This document shows positions 35,325 to 49,100 of a DNA stretch of 64,000 nt, piece by piece (the first letter of the stretch is position 1; the number at the start of each line of letters is the position of its first letter). Source of the stretch: Macrostomum lignano (taxonomy: Eukaryota); contig NIVC01001569.1 in the NCBI GenBank assembly GCA_002269645.1, positions 186,001-250,000 of the forward strand, written 5' to 3'. The notes below the pieces were generated by a model, which worked only from the letters and a program-made list of their open reading frames with translations, had not been told where the DNA came from and did no database searches. Both the position numbers and the translations under genes were made by a program.

Positions 35325-35927
35325 TCGCTATTAGACAGTAGCGAGTTGATTGGTTCGAACTCAGGAGAATTAATTCGATACTAAAAATAATCATTCATTA
35401 TTTGCTTATTGCTTATTTTGTACGATTACTGACACATCTTAGCGCTTTTATAGCATAATCGACTCCTAGCAATTCGATTAGATAAAAAAAATTTTTATAT
35501 TAGGAAAAGATATCATAATCTTTGAATTATAGGATTAACAGTTACCTATGAAAAAGTCTCCTTAGCTCGCTGATTTAGGAGGCCGGAGTCGTTGGTTCGA
35601 TTGAGCGTGCGGTGTATGTGATAACTCCTGTGTGTCTGCAGTGTGCATGTCAACCTTGATCTGCAAACTTAGTAAATTATCTTGCCAATATGCTATTTCA
35701 AAGCCTTCAATTATTTTGAGCACTAACTTTATCATGCCTATTGACTGCACTGTAAAGAACCTATACCCAGACACAATGACAAGTCAAAGGGGCCGGGGCC
35801 ATTATTACACCATTCAGAGATTCAATACCGGCAGATTTTTTAAACTGATAAGAGCAGTGCACTGCTATCATTTTATAAAACTAAACTAATTAGATATTTA
35901 TGACTAAGTTATATTATACTCGCCTAA

Positions 35928-36250
35928 GGGGGCCGTAACCCAGCGGTAGCGCAGCTGCTCTGGTGTGCCAGCGACCCAGGCTCGATTCCAAGTGCAGTCA
36001 CATTAATTTGGGGCTGAATTGGAATCTCGGCTTGGCTCTGCTCGTGCAATTAACGGCCTTGAGAGCCAACCCCCCAAGGCTCAGTGAAGTGTACATGCCT
36101 AACAATAATATAAAGTTAGGGCCGCTGTACACTCCTGTGTGAGTGTGTGCCTGCGTACGTATCCGCGCGCTTGTATGCCTGCTCAGGGGAGTCGGCGGAA
36201 TGGGCAGTAATGCCTCTCGCCGGTTGTGTGACAATGTCGCTTAAAGTGCG
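35928..36250 (+). mobile_element. tRNA-derived SINE-like sequence
   Basis: gggggccg start, A-box-like taacccagcgg and B-box-like ggctcgattcc; no complete cloverleaf; the 3' boundary is approximate. Confidence 0.45.
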
Positions 36251-37524
36251 CCAGGGTGCGCACAACCCCCCTGCCTCTAATAAAAAAAATATATGCCTAA
36301 ATTATCGCGAGTAACATCAATGTAACATCATACTCCCTGCCGCCCAAATGTAACCAATCAGTTCACCCACCTCATCTCTCATCCAATCAAATCAAATTTT
36401 TTAAAATTTTAAAATAATGGCCTCTCAGAAGTGTGTTAAATTGACCGGAGTGCTGGGTTAAAATTCTATACAATCTACCATCGTTGATAGTGACGTAATC
36501 CATTATTCTCCTAACTGTACACACTCTGTAGAAGTTGATACATATATCCAAACCACACCCTGAGGCTCTCGCACGACATGCACTGCAACTTTTCTGTATA
36601 CGCTAACACGTATCTTTAGTCATGGACAACTAAAAGTTACAAGGAATGTACGTCCTTCATGCTACAGTTGTGCACGACTTTGACTTTAATTGCGTCGTCA
36701 TAACGACACATTAACGGTAGAAAATATCGATTTGTTTGCCATATAGTTGAATATTGATATTGTTTATATATAAATGCGTGACGAGCGTATAAATTGCAAA
36801 GCAAAATGAACAAAATTACATCTCATTCATTCCATTTTCTTTGAAATAAACAGTTTATTTTAACAAATTTTGATTCCGTTATTGTTAATAGTTGCTGAAA
36901 AGTTTTTTTCCGTTCTAAAAGGACCGAATGATTTTAGAACGGATTCGACAAATGTTTTTGATTTATAGTTAGTTTTTTGTCTATGATATTCAAGCGCGTT
37001 AATTTACATGTAGTTTATTGAAGAGAGGATGCTTAACTTATAACGATGCCGCCCTTTGATTTTTCATAACGCGCACGCAATGGTATATTCTTCTGCCGTC
37101 GGGATGAATGATCGATTTTGACAACTAGCTACGAGTACAGTAAGTATTCTTGCAGCTTAGCTACTCTTGAGATTGAGAACCAGCTAATGGAGGGCACTGG
37201 TTATTGTGGCACCCACTTACTACCATAAACTATTTTTTCTTTCTATATAAAATACGATTGCTTACTTAATCGTTAAAAATTTGTACTATTCTGAGCCGAG
37301 AATGTGTTGTCTATGGTAATTTTTGGAGAGATTATTTGACATAAACTAGGAGATTATATGATATAATCTCCTCGAAATCAGGAGCATTATATAAAAATTG
37401 AAGTGAACAAGCCAGCATATTTAGCAACCAACAACTAACACGACAACAAAACTTTGCATACTCAACTAATTGTATGATCTAGTTCAAACAGTTTACGGAC
37501 GATAGTTCTTACATGTACATCCTC

Positions 37525-38279
37525 TTAGTCACGGAACGTTATTTCCAGCCGCCCATCTTCAACGACAATAGACTTGACACCTAGACGACGCCTGTCTGTG
37601 ACTCGATCGGCGCCGACTTGCTCAGACGATTCACCAGACGAGGCTGATGATCCAGACGAGACAGAAACGTTCTGCAGAACATCAGATCCTCGGTTGGCTT
37701 GAGAACCATAAGTCCCGAATCTCCGCCTGCCAATTGACGGTTGACGCGCGTCTCTTTCCATAGATTGAATAACTTCATTGCCCATTTTTCCTTCGCTCTG
37801 GTAGAGACAGGCAAACTTTCTTTGATTCTTTTTTCTAGAGCAGCTTCGTCCAGGGACTCAGCAGAAACTCGAGTTGTCGACTCAATTCCGACAGCAGCGT
37901 CAAAATTGACGTCTTCTAAGCCTTCCATATTGTATTTTTTATTCTATTTCGAAGAAGAAGCGACTCTAAATTCGGCTTTTACATTTTGCCACCACTGTTG
38001 ACTGGCTGCTTCGTGACTGTATCTTCGTGAGAAACGTATTTTATTTGTCTATGGTCGGAATAAAATGGCCTAAGCCTATGTCTATCAATCAGATGGGATG
38101 CCCTCGAAAAATAAGCAATCGAATTTCATATATGATAAACGCCGTTTAATTCATCATAGTCTATGGTTAGAATATCCTCGGCTGCAACCAATGGTCCTCG
38201 GCTCGCTTTGCTCGCCTCGGAACCATTAAATGCAGCCTCGGAAATTCTAACCACAGAATGTGAATTAAACGGCGTTTAT
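37525..38279 (-). mobile_element. Probable internally deleted Crypton-like (tyrosine recombinase) element
   Basis: Minus-strand ORF 37581-37928 has SLPVSTRAKEKWAMKLFNLW, resembling the Crypton/DUF3504-family N-terminal T..WA...F..W motif. It switches frame to an SDVLQ...LEITFRD* C-terminus. A 145-bp imperfect palindrome lies upstream at 38135-38279. Confidence 0.5.
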
Positions 38280-38377
38280 TATTTACATATAAGCTTAAGA
38301 AGTTCCGGTCACTTAGTAGTCATAGCTAGAGTTTTGGCCATAGACAGCTCGTAGTACCGTATCAACTATATTATTGT

Positions 38378-39562
38378 TATAGCTTTTTGCGATTGAATTC
38401 AGCCAAACTGCAAAACCTTTCAGCCAATGGAGATTTTGCCTTCACTTCAGCTGTTTCTACCATAGACTATTTAGGACACACCGGCCAGCTGTCCCGCTCC
38501 TGTAAATGAATTCAGCCAAAGTGAAAAACCTTTCAGCCAAGACTTTCAGTCAGTGATTTTCTCTGTTGTGATTTAGTGATTCAATGTACTTGTCCATACT
38601 GTAGCTCTCTCTCTCTCTCCCTCTAACAACCCTCCCCACCCCTTCCATGCTCGCAACTTATTGTTGACTATGTTTAATATACTTTACTGTTTTGTGGTGC
38701 CATTGCAGTAGACCTATCGTATCGATTAATGTATTATTGAAGTTATTTATTTACTTAATCATTGTTTGTGATTTCAGATCCCTGATTATGGTTTGCCCTC
38801 TCTTCCCGTGCCCTCTCATTGGCTGTCTCTGTTATATGTAATTCTTGTTTCCTAACCCCCAGTTGCGTTCTGCGTGGCTGCAGCCAATCCCCTCTCGCTC
38901 TCTCTGCCCCACCCCGCCATTTCTCTTACCCTGCAGCTTTTGCCCCACTCCATTTTGCACTGACTGATATTTATTGGCGTGCGCTCCTGTCCCCTCCCGC
39001 TGACCCTTCGAGCGCTTCTCGCCGCTCCGGCTACAACAAATATACAATCGTAGTTTAACAGAGACGCCTAGAGCGCCAAGTTGAGCAACCTGTGCCACCG
39101 TAAGTATCGTCCTGCTTCTGTTATTTGGGGGGCTAGGCCATTAGGACATCGTCACCAGGGCCTGTGCGTTCGCTGCGACCCTGGTTGCGGGCCTACTGCC
39201 TGCGCGTTTGTGCGACAGCGGGTTGGCAAGCAGCAGGACTGCGGCCGAGTCTCCCTGCTCGTACGGAGCGCGAGACGAAGCCGGCTGCATGGTCCGTCTC
39301 GGGACACAACATCTCACATAGAGTGAAAGAATATCGCCATGATTCTTAGCTGATCATTAAATGATCAGAAATTGTCAACCCATACGCGCACATGTAGGAC
39401 TGGCTGAAAGGTTTTTCTGTTTGGCTAAATTCATTTACAGGAGCGGGACAGCTAGCCGGTGTGTCCTAAATAGTCTATGGTAGAAACAGCTGAAGTGAAG
39501 GCAAAATCTCCATTGGCTGAAAGGTTTTGCAGTTTGGCTGAATTCAATAGCAAAAAGCTATA
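38378..39562. mobile_element. Unclassified non-autonomous TIR element with roughly 165-bp terminal inverted repeats
   Basis: 38378-38540 (tatagctttttgc...gaattcagccaaactgcaaaacctttcagcc...) is the near-perfect reverse complement of 39398-39562; both ends lie in a TA-rich context. Confidence 0.8.
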
Positions 39563-39751
39563 TATCATTAAATATGTATGTCACCATGAGAATGGTCAAA
39601 GGACATATAGCACCAATATCGTGCCCTATGCTACATACTTAGCGGGCGTTAACGCGTCTGTACGTGGCTGTTAACAGGCAGATATTGGCCCGACAGTCAA
39701 TAAATGCCATATTATATTTTATATTACAATGCAGTATGTAACTATAAATTA

Positions 39752-41430
39752 CGAGGGGTGTCCCAAAAGTCGGTGCACTTTATTCGCTACAGCCTTTTCT
39801 GACCGATCAGAAATATTTATTTTGTAGCAGTTAACAAGAGAATTATCTGCCTGTTAAAATGACTTTCTGTTTATTTCTGTACCTGCTGGCATTCTTGAGA
39901 TATGAGCACTTTTCTGCCCCAACCCCTGTGCTACTTCTACAAATTTCCATAGACCAAAGCTTTGTACGAAACAACGAAACAACGAAACATTCAACAAATC
40001 AATAAAACATCCGCAACATGAAAGCTGAGGAAAGAACAGTCAAACGTTAATCATCAACATTGTCCTGAGGCTTCTCCACATAGTGACCACTGCGCTGCAC
40101 ACTTCTGCCATCGGCAATGGCATCAGCAATGGCATCGACAAATTTAGGAATTGCTTGACACCGATGCCAGACTGACAGTTCGTGAGATTGCGGACATGCT
40201 CGGCAGTCCAAAGTTCACTGTTCCACACCGCACGATATGACTGCGGAGTTGGAACTGTCAAAGATATCGGCCTGCTGGGTACCACGGCTCCGTACCTTCT
40301 GCACCATGACACTGCAAGTCCCCACACGGCCAAGAATACGGAGGAGACGATCGAGCAGGCAAATTTTGAGCTGCTCTTACACCCACGCCTTCTCTCTGGA
40401 TTTGTCACCAGCTGACTTTTCCATCTTTCCAAAGATGAAGAAACTGCTGCATGGACGAATCTTATCTTGCTGTGCGAGCCTGGAAGCATTGACTCGCCAA
40501 GTTCTCCTTCATGATATGCCGCGCTCAGATTTTGCTGATGCCCTTGACGAAATGCACAGCGGATGGCAGAAGTGTGTGCAGCGCAGTGGTGACTATGTGG
40601 AGAAGCCTCAGGACAATGTTGATGATTAACGTTTGACTGTTCTTTCCTCAGCTTTTATGTTGCGGATGTTTTATTGATTCGTTGAATGTTTCGTTGTTTC
40701 GTGCATCAGGTACAAAGCTTTGGTCTATGGCAATTTGTAGAAGTAGCACAGGGGTTGGGGCAGAAAAGTGCTCATATCTCAAGAATGCCAGCAGGTACAG
40801 AAATAAACAGAAAGTCATTTTAACAGGCAGATAATTCTCTTGTTAACTGCTACAAAATGAATGATTCCTGCACGGTCACGAGTGCGGGAATGACATCTGC
40901 ACGAGTGCGCGCTAGCGCACGAGTTCACGATGTCCTGCACGCACGAGTTCACGATGTCCTTCACGCACGAGTTCACGATGTCCTTCACGCACGAGTTCAC
41001 GATGTCCTTCACGCACGAGTTCACGATGTCCTTCACGCACGAGTTCACGATGTCCTTCACGCACGAGTTCACGATGTCCTTCACGCACGAGTTCACGATG
41101 TCCTTCACGCACGAGTTCACGATGTCCTTCACGCACGAGTTCACGATGTCCTTCACGCACGAGTTCACGATGTCCTTCACGCACGAGTGAACGTGAAGGA
41201 ATCCCATTGTCGGATTATTCGAATCGTGCAGGAATGCACAAAACCGTGCAGGAATTCATTTCTGCGCCTAATGCTTTTTCAGTGAGATTTTACCATAGAC
41301 ATCCATTCCTGCACGCAAAAGAGTGCAATAATGCTATTCCTGCATGGAAAATCAGCCGACAATAAATATTTCTGATTGGTCAGAAAAGGCTGTAGCGAAG
41401 AAAGTGCACCGACTTTTGGGACACCCCTCG
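39752..41430 (+). mobile_element. Non-autonomous, internally deleted mariner (Tc1/mariner) element with TA target-site duplication
   Basis: TA|CGAGGGGTGTCCCAAAAGTCGGTGCACTTT ... AAAGTGCACCGACTTTTGGGACACCCCTCG|TA; frameshifted transposase remnants WVPR, LLHHDTASPHTA, LDLSPADFSIFPKMKKLLHG and GWQKCVQRSGDYVEK at about 40250-40629. Confidence 0.9.
40859..41363. mobile_element. Insertion nested in the right arm of the mariner element; contains a 24-bp array (cacgagttcacgatgtccttcacg, about 11 copies)
   Basis: Comparison with the intact left arm (gttaactgctacaaaataaatatttctg in reverse complement) shows the right arm interrupted after 40858; AAT occurs on both sides of the insert. Confidence 0.7.
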
Positions 41431-43170
41431 TATAATGGGAGTCTCAAAAAGTTAGTGTGGCCTTAATTAGTTTGCTAAATGCAGCATCAGATTTAATTTC
41501 AGCGACTAATTCCAGAGAAATAGATAGATCGAGATGTTGCTTTTAAAACTTCCCTTAAGTTAAGATTTGATCCAATGCGACAATGTAAGCCTGGTCATTA
41601 TTTAGGAAAGTCTGAGAAAGTCTCAAAGAAGACCCTAAAAATTTTGTCTTCAATGGCTATAGATGCATGTACAAGGAGATTGTCTACTTCCATTTGTAGA
41701 GGGCCGGGGGGATTGTGTATGCATCTCCCATAGGGTTCTGATGGGAGAGTTAAAATCGCTTTGGTGTCCGTCCCCTTCGATCTTTCCAGGCCTCTGACAG
41801 GGAGAGGGGGACACCGCGCCCCGCGTTCATCTTGGCCATCCCTAGTTTACTAAATTATCGGGATATAAAATTACAACCAACTGGGTTCAGGTCGATCAAG
41901 GCTTTTGAACTTAATTGATTTTCTAATTTTTTGGATACTATAGATGGAACAGAGCTTGAACAGATTGGGGTCTTAATTATTTGATTTTTTGGATCGATTT
42001 CTCGAATTAAGAGTACAGTGTAACAACTGGGAAACAGGAAACTGCATGCGTGCATGATTAAAATGTCAGTGCACATGTATGTAGTTCTAAATGATACTCT
42101 ACAACTATACCGAGCATAAGATAGAATGCCAACATCGCAGCTCTGATGTCAAAAAATGCTGCTTCTTTGACCCTACTTTCTGAACATAAGCATGCCAGTC
42201 TGCTCTTGTAGACCGCCTGCACAATCTCAATGCAAGAAGCAAATTATAAACTCATAGACAGCTGTACGTCTCCGGTAATGTTTTCATCCAGTTTCAAACG
42301 ATGAAATACATAAGCATCAATACAAAACTGATTACTCGTGTAACTAAAGAAAATCTGAAACTGTCGAATAGACAATTAACTAATAAATGATTAGCGGGTT
42401 AGAAAAGCAGTAGGATGAAGGGCCTAAGCCGCCAGTTTAACTTGTATTTATACTAACAGAATGAACAGGTTAGTTGTATATCTATGGTGAATTAACGATT
42501 GAGATTGTCTGTGGGGAAGAGCATGGCAGACGAAGGCAGCCGGCTAACTGAAAAGTACAAGGCTAAATTGTAAAACAGAAAGTACAAATAATTAGAGGAT
42601 GGAAATCCGACAGAAACTTTACGTAGAAAACATCGAATTTAAGCCTTTAGTTAGGGCGCTGGCCGTAAGGCAAATTTATTGCCATGCAACAGAAATAGGC
42701 TGCCGGTTTGCACGAAATTGGAACCCTAACGGCTTGATTTCTCTTAAATAAAAACTAGTTTACTTGAATTGTTTTCTGAAAGCTAGGAAACAAAAAAATA
42801 TTTTCATTCCATCTTAGTTTAACTTAACTTCGATTAGTTTAATCTTGTACCGTTTAAAATAGAGATTTAAAACGCAGGCCGGAGCGTTGCGCCAGCCCAT
42901 TCAAACAAAGGTTTAAATTATTTAGAAAATTTTATTCTAATGAGCAAAAAAATTCAGGAAATTAGTTTTTCATAAAACTCCATCAAATTTTATGCAACCC
43001 TTTGTAGGGGTGTGGATTTACCAATTTGACGCGGCTTAGGAGCCTGGGACGCGACTAGCGACATGGAATTTTTTTAGTGACTATTTTTTAATCAGCTTCT
43101 GAATTTTCCTTAACAACAAACCACTCATAATTTGATATCTCAAAAGGCTAAAATAATTTCTCCAAGCAAC

Positions 43171-46100
43171 ATGGTAGAAGACGAAACTGAATTCAGAGAT
43201 TTGATTTCCCAGACTCTTGAAAACAATGGTGTACTAGGAAAAATAAAGGTATCTTCTTTTTTCTTGTTTTTGACTTTCTTTAATTCCTATATCCTGGCCA
43301 GTGTCCTAAAACTTTGAGTAGTACTCCTAATGTTTTATACTTGAGTTTAGTTTAATCAATTCTATTAGTTTTAATACTATATTATGTAACAAATGCTTAT
43401 ATTATTGTACAGGTGTACAAAATATTATTTTTCAAAATTAACAAGAATTGCAAACTGTGCATATTTTGTGTAATACACTACTAATACTTATGATAGTAAC
43501 ACTAAAGCATAGCTAAGCTTTTCTACTAGTAGTAATAATGCTAGTCTTTAAATTATGTAGGGATGTTTTGTGGTAATAATGAGGGATGTCCCATTCCTAA
43601 TATGGCTAATAGTTCCTATAGTGTTTGCTCTAGCTCCTTATCTCAATACTTTGACTAGGCCTAATTTTTATTTTTTGTGTTTTTACCTTAAGATAATTTG
43701 CACAAAGATATTTTTCTTCTAATTTCCTTTTTATATCTTTCTGTTTAAGAGTTACATTAGGAAATATGAAAGGTTAGTATTTTAGGGCCTAGCTAGTGTT
43801 ATAGGCAATGGCTAGAGTTCCCGCAGTGGTATGTACTTATATTCCGGTAGTGCAATTTATAGGTATAATATAGCAGAAACACTTTACTTTTTAAAGGGTG
43901 GTTGATATTAAGATTTTATTCAAGGTAAGATCAAAATGAAATGATGAGATTCAAATCAAGATACTTCTAATATTCAAGACTTCATTAGATAACTGCCTGC
44001 AAAAGACTGCCAGATCCATTAGTAAATGGGTTCTAGTGCCGGAACCCTAGCCATTACCAGTGTTATATAACTTTAAAAGATTGTATTTTTTCTATCAATT
44101 TTTACAAAAATAATTTTTAATTTGTTAGAAACTATTTATCTTTTTTCAACTCCTGGTAAAATTAGGCCCTAGCATTAAAAAGATGGCTAGTCATAGATTG
44201 ATCTAATCTAATATATCTAAAGTAGCAACCCCCCCTCCACCGGCCCTGTCTGTCTGTGGGTATGTAACAGGTTATCTCCCAAAAGGCTCAACCGATTTTC
44301 TCCGTTTCTTCGCCAAAAGATGTCAAATGTGCCCGGGACGGTACATGTAATTTTATTAAGCTCTAGCTCAATGCTAAGGGGATTAAATATTCGAAAAACT
44401 GTTTTAAATGGCCTTTTTAGTGTATTTTTTTATCAGCCTGCGCGCAGCAAGAAACTTCACAGCCAATTTTAATGATTGCGCCAGAGCCAACTGATAAGAA
44501 AATTCACTTTGCCCCACTGCCCAGATAATTACTCTATTTAACTTGCGTAACCAATTAAGGGGGGGTATAATAAAAATTCTGGATGCTTCCATCCAATATA
44601 CTAAAAATCAAAACTATGTACCTACCTACCTATATATAGGAATCTTCGTTTAACTTGACTTTGCGTGGTCCGAATTTCGTGGGGTTTTCTGCATTCGATG
44701 CGTATTGATGGTGCGCTGGTACACAACATTTTGCTAAGAAATTGCTTCATTTTTTCGGGATTAAATATTCAAAAACTCAATTTTTGCCCCGTTTTTTTAA
44801 GTTCAAACAGTTCTTTCCAATTGAGAAGCATTCTGACTGCCGATGGAATTGTATTGCATCATAACTCAGTGCCAACTATAGCATTGGTTCTCTACACTGG
44901 CGTGGAGAGCTATAAGCGTTGAAAGGTTGCGCAACACCTTTTAGTTATTGAATTGAGGGGCGGGTATTGCCATTCAATGAGTCCCGGGCATTGGCTTGGT
45001 TGTGAATTTCAATGCATCAACTGCAGGCCTCTCACTGTAGCTGGCGCTGAATGTACACCTTATGAATTTGACTGCTTTAAAGCAGGAATGTCCAACCGTT
45101 GTTTGTGCTTCGAGTTTTTCACTTTCAGAAGAGAGCCTTATATTGCTGGAAAGAGCTAGAAACGCTGAGTTCGAGAATATAATCTGTTTGCTGAGATTTG
45201 AAAAACTAAAAGCACAGCATAAAAAAGAGATTTCTATACTTTTTACTCTATATTCTCATTGTACGCTCTCTCATATTGCAAACCCCTGCTTATCGCAACT
45301 CCACAATTCAAGCCAGCGCCATTAGATCTAAATTTAGATTGCGTAACCATATTGTTGACTTTAATTGTTGACTTTATTAATTGAAACTGATATTGACTGC
45401 CTGAGAAATTGATTACGTCGTAACTGCTTCGAGTGATTTCTACTCTATGCTTGGAGTTTTCAAAGTGTTGAAATATATAATTGCTACAATTCATGTTATC
45501 AAAACGATGAGAGCTAGCCTAGAGGTAAACAGACTGAACTGCTAATGCAGCGACGTGGGTTCGAATTTTTAGAGTGTTGAATTTTTTTATTAAAAAATTT
45601 AATTTAAAGAAAGCTTAAGGAACCTTTAAAATGTCAAGTAAATCATGTAAAAGAGAAGAAGCTACGAGCGTTTATGTAGTATAATCAAAAATTTTATTCA
45701 ACTTTAAATTTTGAAAAGTTTTAAAAAGGACTATTCCAATAGATAAGAAATTAATTATTGTAATAGCTGACGAAATTATTTCACAATCTTGCTGATGTTA
45801 CTTTCTATCAGGGGATGCTTGCTATCGGAAGGACGCTTGCTTTTGGGAATGCTTGCTCGGGGGAGATTGCTAACTGGGGGAATCACTGAGATGTCAAGGC
45901 TTGGTGGGGAAATTCCTGAGATGTCAAGTCTGAGAGGGGGGAGGGAATTGCTGAGATGTCAAGTCTTCGGGGGAATCACTGAGATGTCAATGCTTAAGAG
46001 GGACTTGCTGAGATACCAAGGCTTGGTGGGGAAATTCCTGAGATGTCAAGTCTTGGGGGGGGGGAATTGCTGAGATGCCAAGGCTAAAGAGGGACTTGCT

Positions 46101-49100
46101 GAGATGCCAAGGCTTAAGAGGGACTTGCTGAGATGCCAAGGCTTAAGAGGGACTTGCTGAGATGCCAAGGCTTGGTGGGGAAATTCCTGAGATGTCAAGT
46201 CTTAGGGGGGGGGAATTGCTGAGATGTCAAATGCTTAGAGGGACTTGCCGAGATGTCAAGACGTAAGACGGAATTGCTGAGATTTGAAGGCTGGGGGGGG
46301 GGAATTACTGAGATGCCAAGGCTTGAGGGCGAATTGCTGAGATGTGAAGGCTTGGGGGAATTTCCGAGATGTCAATGCTTGGTGGGGAAATTCCTGAGAT
46401 GTCAAGTCTTAGAAGGGAGGAAATCTGTGAGATATCAAGTCTAAGGGGGGAATGCTGAGATGTGAAGGCTTGGGGGAATTTCTGAGATGTCAAAATCTTA
46501 GGGAAGGAAATTGCAGAGATTTCAAGTCCTGAGGGCGAATTGCTGAGATGTCATGTCTTTGGGGGGAATTCTATGGATTGGGGATTCTTTGAATGAGGGA
46601 GGGTGCTTTTAATATATATATTTGGATAGTGATTCATTGGGGAATTCCTTCGTTGGGGGATTATTATTTCGATGAAGGGTTCTTTGAATGGGGGATTCTT
46701 TAGATGAAGGCTTCTTTCTATAGAGTGATCCTTTGGATATGAGATTATTTGGGGGGATTCTTTATGAGGGGATTCTTTGGATGGGGAGTATTTCGACGGT
46801 GGTTCTTTAGATGAGGGGATTCTTTGGCCAGATTCTTTTGATGGGGATTATTTGAATGGGAGATTCTTAAGAGGGGGATTCTTTGGATAGGGGTGGATGG
46901 GGGATTCTTTGGATAGGGATGGATCTGGGGTTCTTTGGATAGGGATGGATCTGGGGTTCTTTGGATAGGGATGGATGGGGGGTTCTTGGGATGAGGGATT
47001 CTTTGAACGGGGATTCTGTGGAGGTCAAGTCTTAGGGGGGGGGAATTGCTGAGATGTCAACGCTTTTGACTGGGAGAAATTGCTAAGATGTCAAGATTTA
47101 CTGGGGGAATTACTGAGATATAAAGACTTACTGGGTGAATTACTGAGATTTCATTGCTTAATGGGAAATTCCTTAGATGTCAAGTCTTACATAGGGGAAT
47201 TGCTGAGATGGCAAGACTTACTGGGGAAATTACTGAGATATAAAGGCTTACTGGGGGAATTTCTGAGATGTCAAGGCGTGGGGGGGAGATGTCAAGGCTT
47301 AAGGGTAATTTTTGAGATGTCAAGTCTTGGGGAGGGAAATCACTGAGATTTCAAGGCTTGGTAAGAATTAAGGCTAGGATTTCAAGGCTAACTGCGGGAA
47401 TTACGGGCGTACTGAGATATCAAGGCTTGCGCCAGAATCGCTGAGATGTCAGAGCTTAAGGGGAAATTGCTGAGATGTCAAGGCTTGGGGGATTTCTGAG
47501 GTGTCAAGGCTTGGGGGAATTGCTGAGATATTAAGTCTTGGGGAAATTCTATGGATTGGAAATTTTTGGTTGAGGGGTGCTTCTAATGAATATTTTTGGA
47601 TAGGTGATTCATTTGGAACTTCCTTCGATGGGGGATTCTTTCGATGAAGGGTTCTTCCGATAAAGGCATCTTTTGGATTGGATTGGATTGGATTTGGATT
47701 GTTTGGACGGAGATTATTTGCATGAGGGGATTCTTTAGATGGGGGATATCTGGATGGGTGTTCTGTAGATGAGGGGATTCTTTGGCCAAGGATTCTATTT
47801 GGATAGGAGATTCTTTGGATTCTTTGGATGGGGTTTCTGTTAATGGGGATTATTTGGATGTGGATTCTTTAGAGGAGGGGGTTTCTGGAGGGGGATTCTT
47901 TGGATTGGGATTATTTGGACGGGGGTTCTTTAGATGAGGGGATCATTTTGTCAATGATTTTTTAGATAAGGGATAATTTGGATTTGAGAATCTTTGGATT
48001 ATTTAGATGGGGATTTTGTGGATGGGGATTATTTGGATGTCGATTATTTAGATGGGGATTCTTTGGATATGGATGGATTGGAGGATTCTTTAGATAGGAA
48101 TGGATGCCGGGTTTTTCTGGATAGGGATAGATAGGAGGATTCTTTAGATAGGGATGGATTTGGGATTCTTTGGATATGGATGGATGGGGGGAATTCTTTG
48201 GATAGGGATGGATTTGGGATTCTTTGGATATGGATGGATGAGGATTTTTTGGATAGGGATGGATGGGGATTCTTTGGATATGGATGGATTTAGGATTCTT
48301 TGGATATGGAAGGATGGGGGGATTCTTTGGATAGGGATGGATTTGAGATTCTTTGGATGGGGATTCTGTGTATGGGGGATTCCTTGGATAGGAAATTCAT
48401 TGGATGGGGATTCTTCGAATCGGGATTCTATCAATGGGGGGTTCTTTGAATGGAGGATTCTTTGGACATAGGATTCTTTGCATGTGAGATTCTACGGATG
48501 GGCGATTAATTGGATTGGGAATTCTTCAGATAGGAGGATTCCTTGAGTGGGGAATTGTGTGGATTGTGTGAAGTGGGGAATTGAGTGGATTCTATCGATG
48601 GAGGTTCTTTAGATGGCGGATTCTTTGGATAGGGAATTCTTTGCATGTGAGATTCTTTGCATCAGAGATTTTATGGATGGGGGATTTTTTGGATGAGGGA
48701 TTCTTTGGATGTGGGATTCAGTGGGGTGAAATTTTATTGCGTGGGAAAACTGTGATTGGAGTTTGGACGGAAAGCCCCAACGGGGGTTGGAATTGGCTAG
48801 TTGAATCTACTTTGAATGACTAGGCCTAGCCACAATGGCCAAACCCTATCATAGCCAAGGTGTGAACCATGCTAGACACCCCCTTACTTATATATATATA
48901 GTAGTGAATTTGACTGTGCCTATATTGCTAGGGGTCAATCTATGCTAGACACTATCTATAATAATGGCCGTTGGCTACAATAGGGTAGCCAACTTTTCAT
49001 GCTAAATGATAAGATATTCTATCAATTGGTCATGGCCTTGCTGGACTTGGATCTCTCAAAGATTTTAGCCCATTGATTGAATGCCTTGCCTTTAAGCTCT

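Noticed and set aside
37640-37670. ctgatga...gaaa hammerhead-like words
   Set aside because: No stem II or flanking stems; the words lie inside the Crypton-like ORF.
41500-42310. Minus-strand stop-interrupted reading frames upstream of FGFR1OP
   Set aside because: No recognisable motif; possibly a decayed element, but not supportable by eye.
43655-44172. Possible small Harbinger-like MITE (ggcctaattt...aaattaggcc)
   Set aside because: Only about 10 bp of inverted match in AT-rich DNA and no clear TSD; too weak to call.
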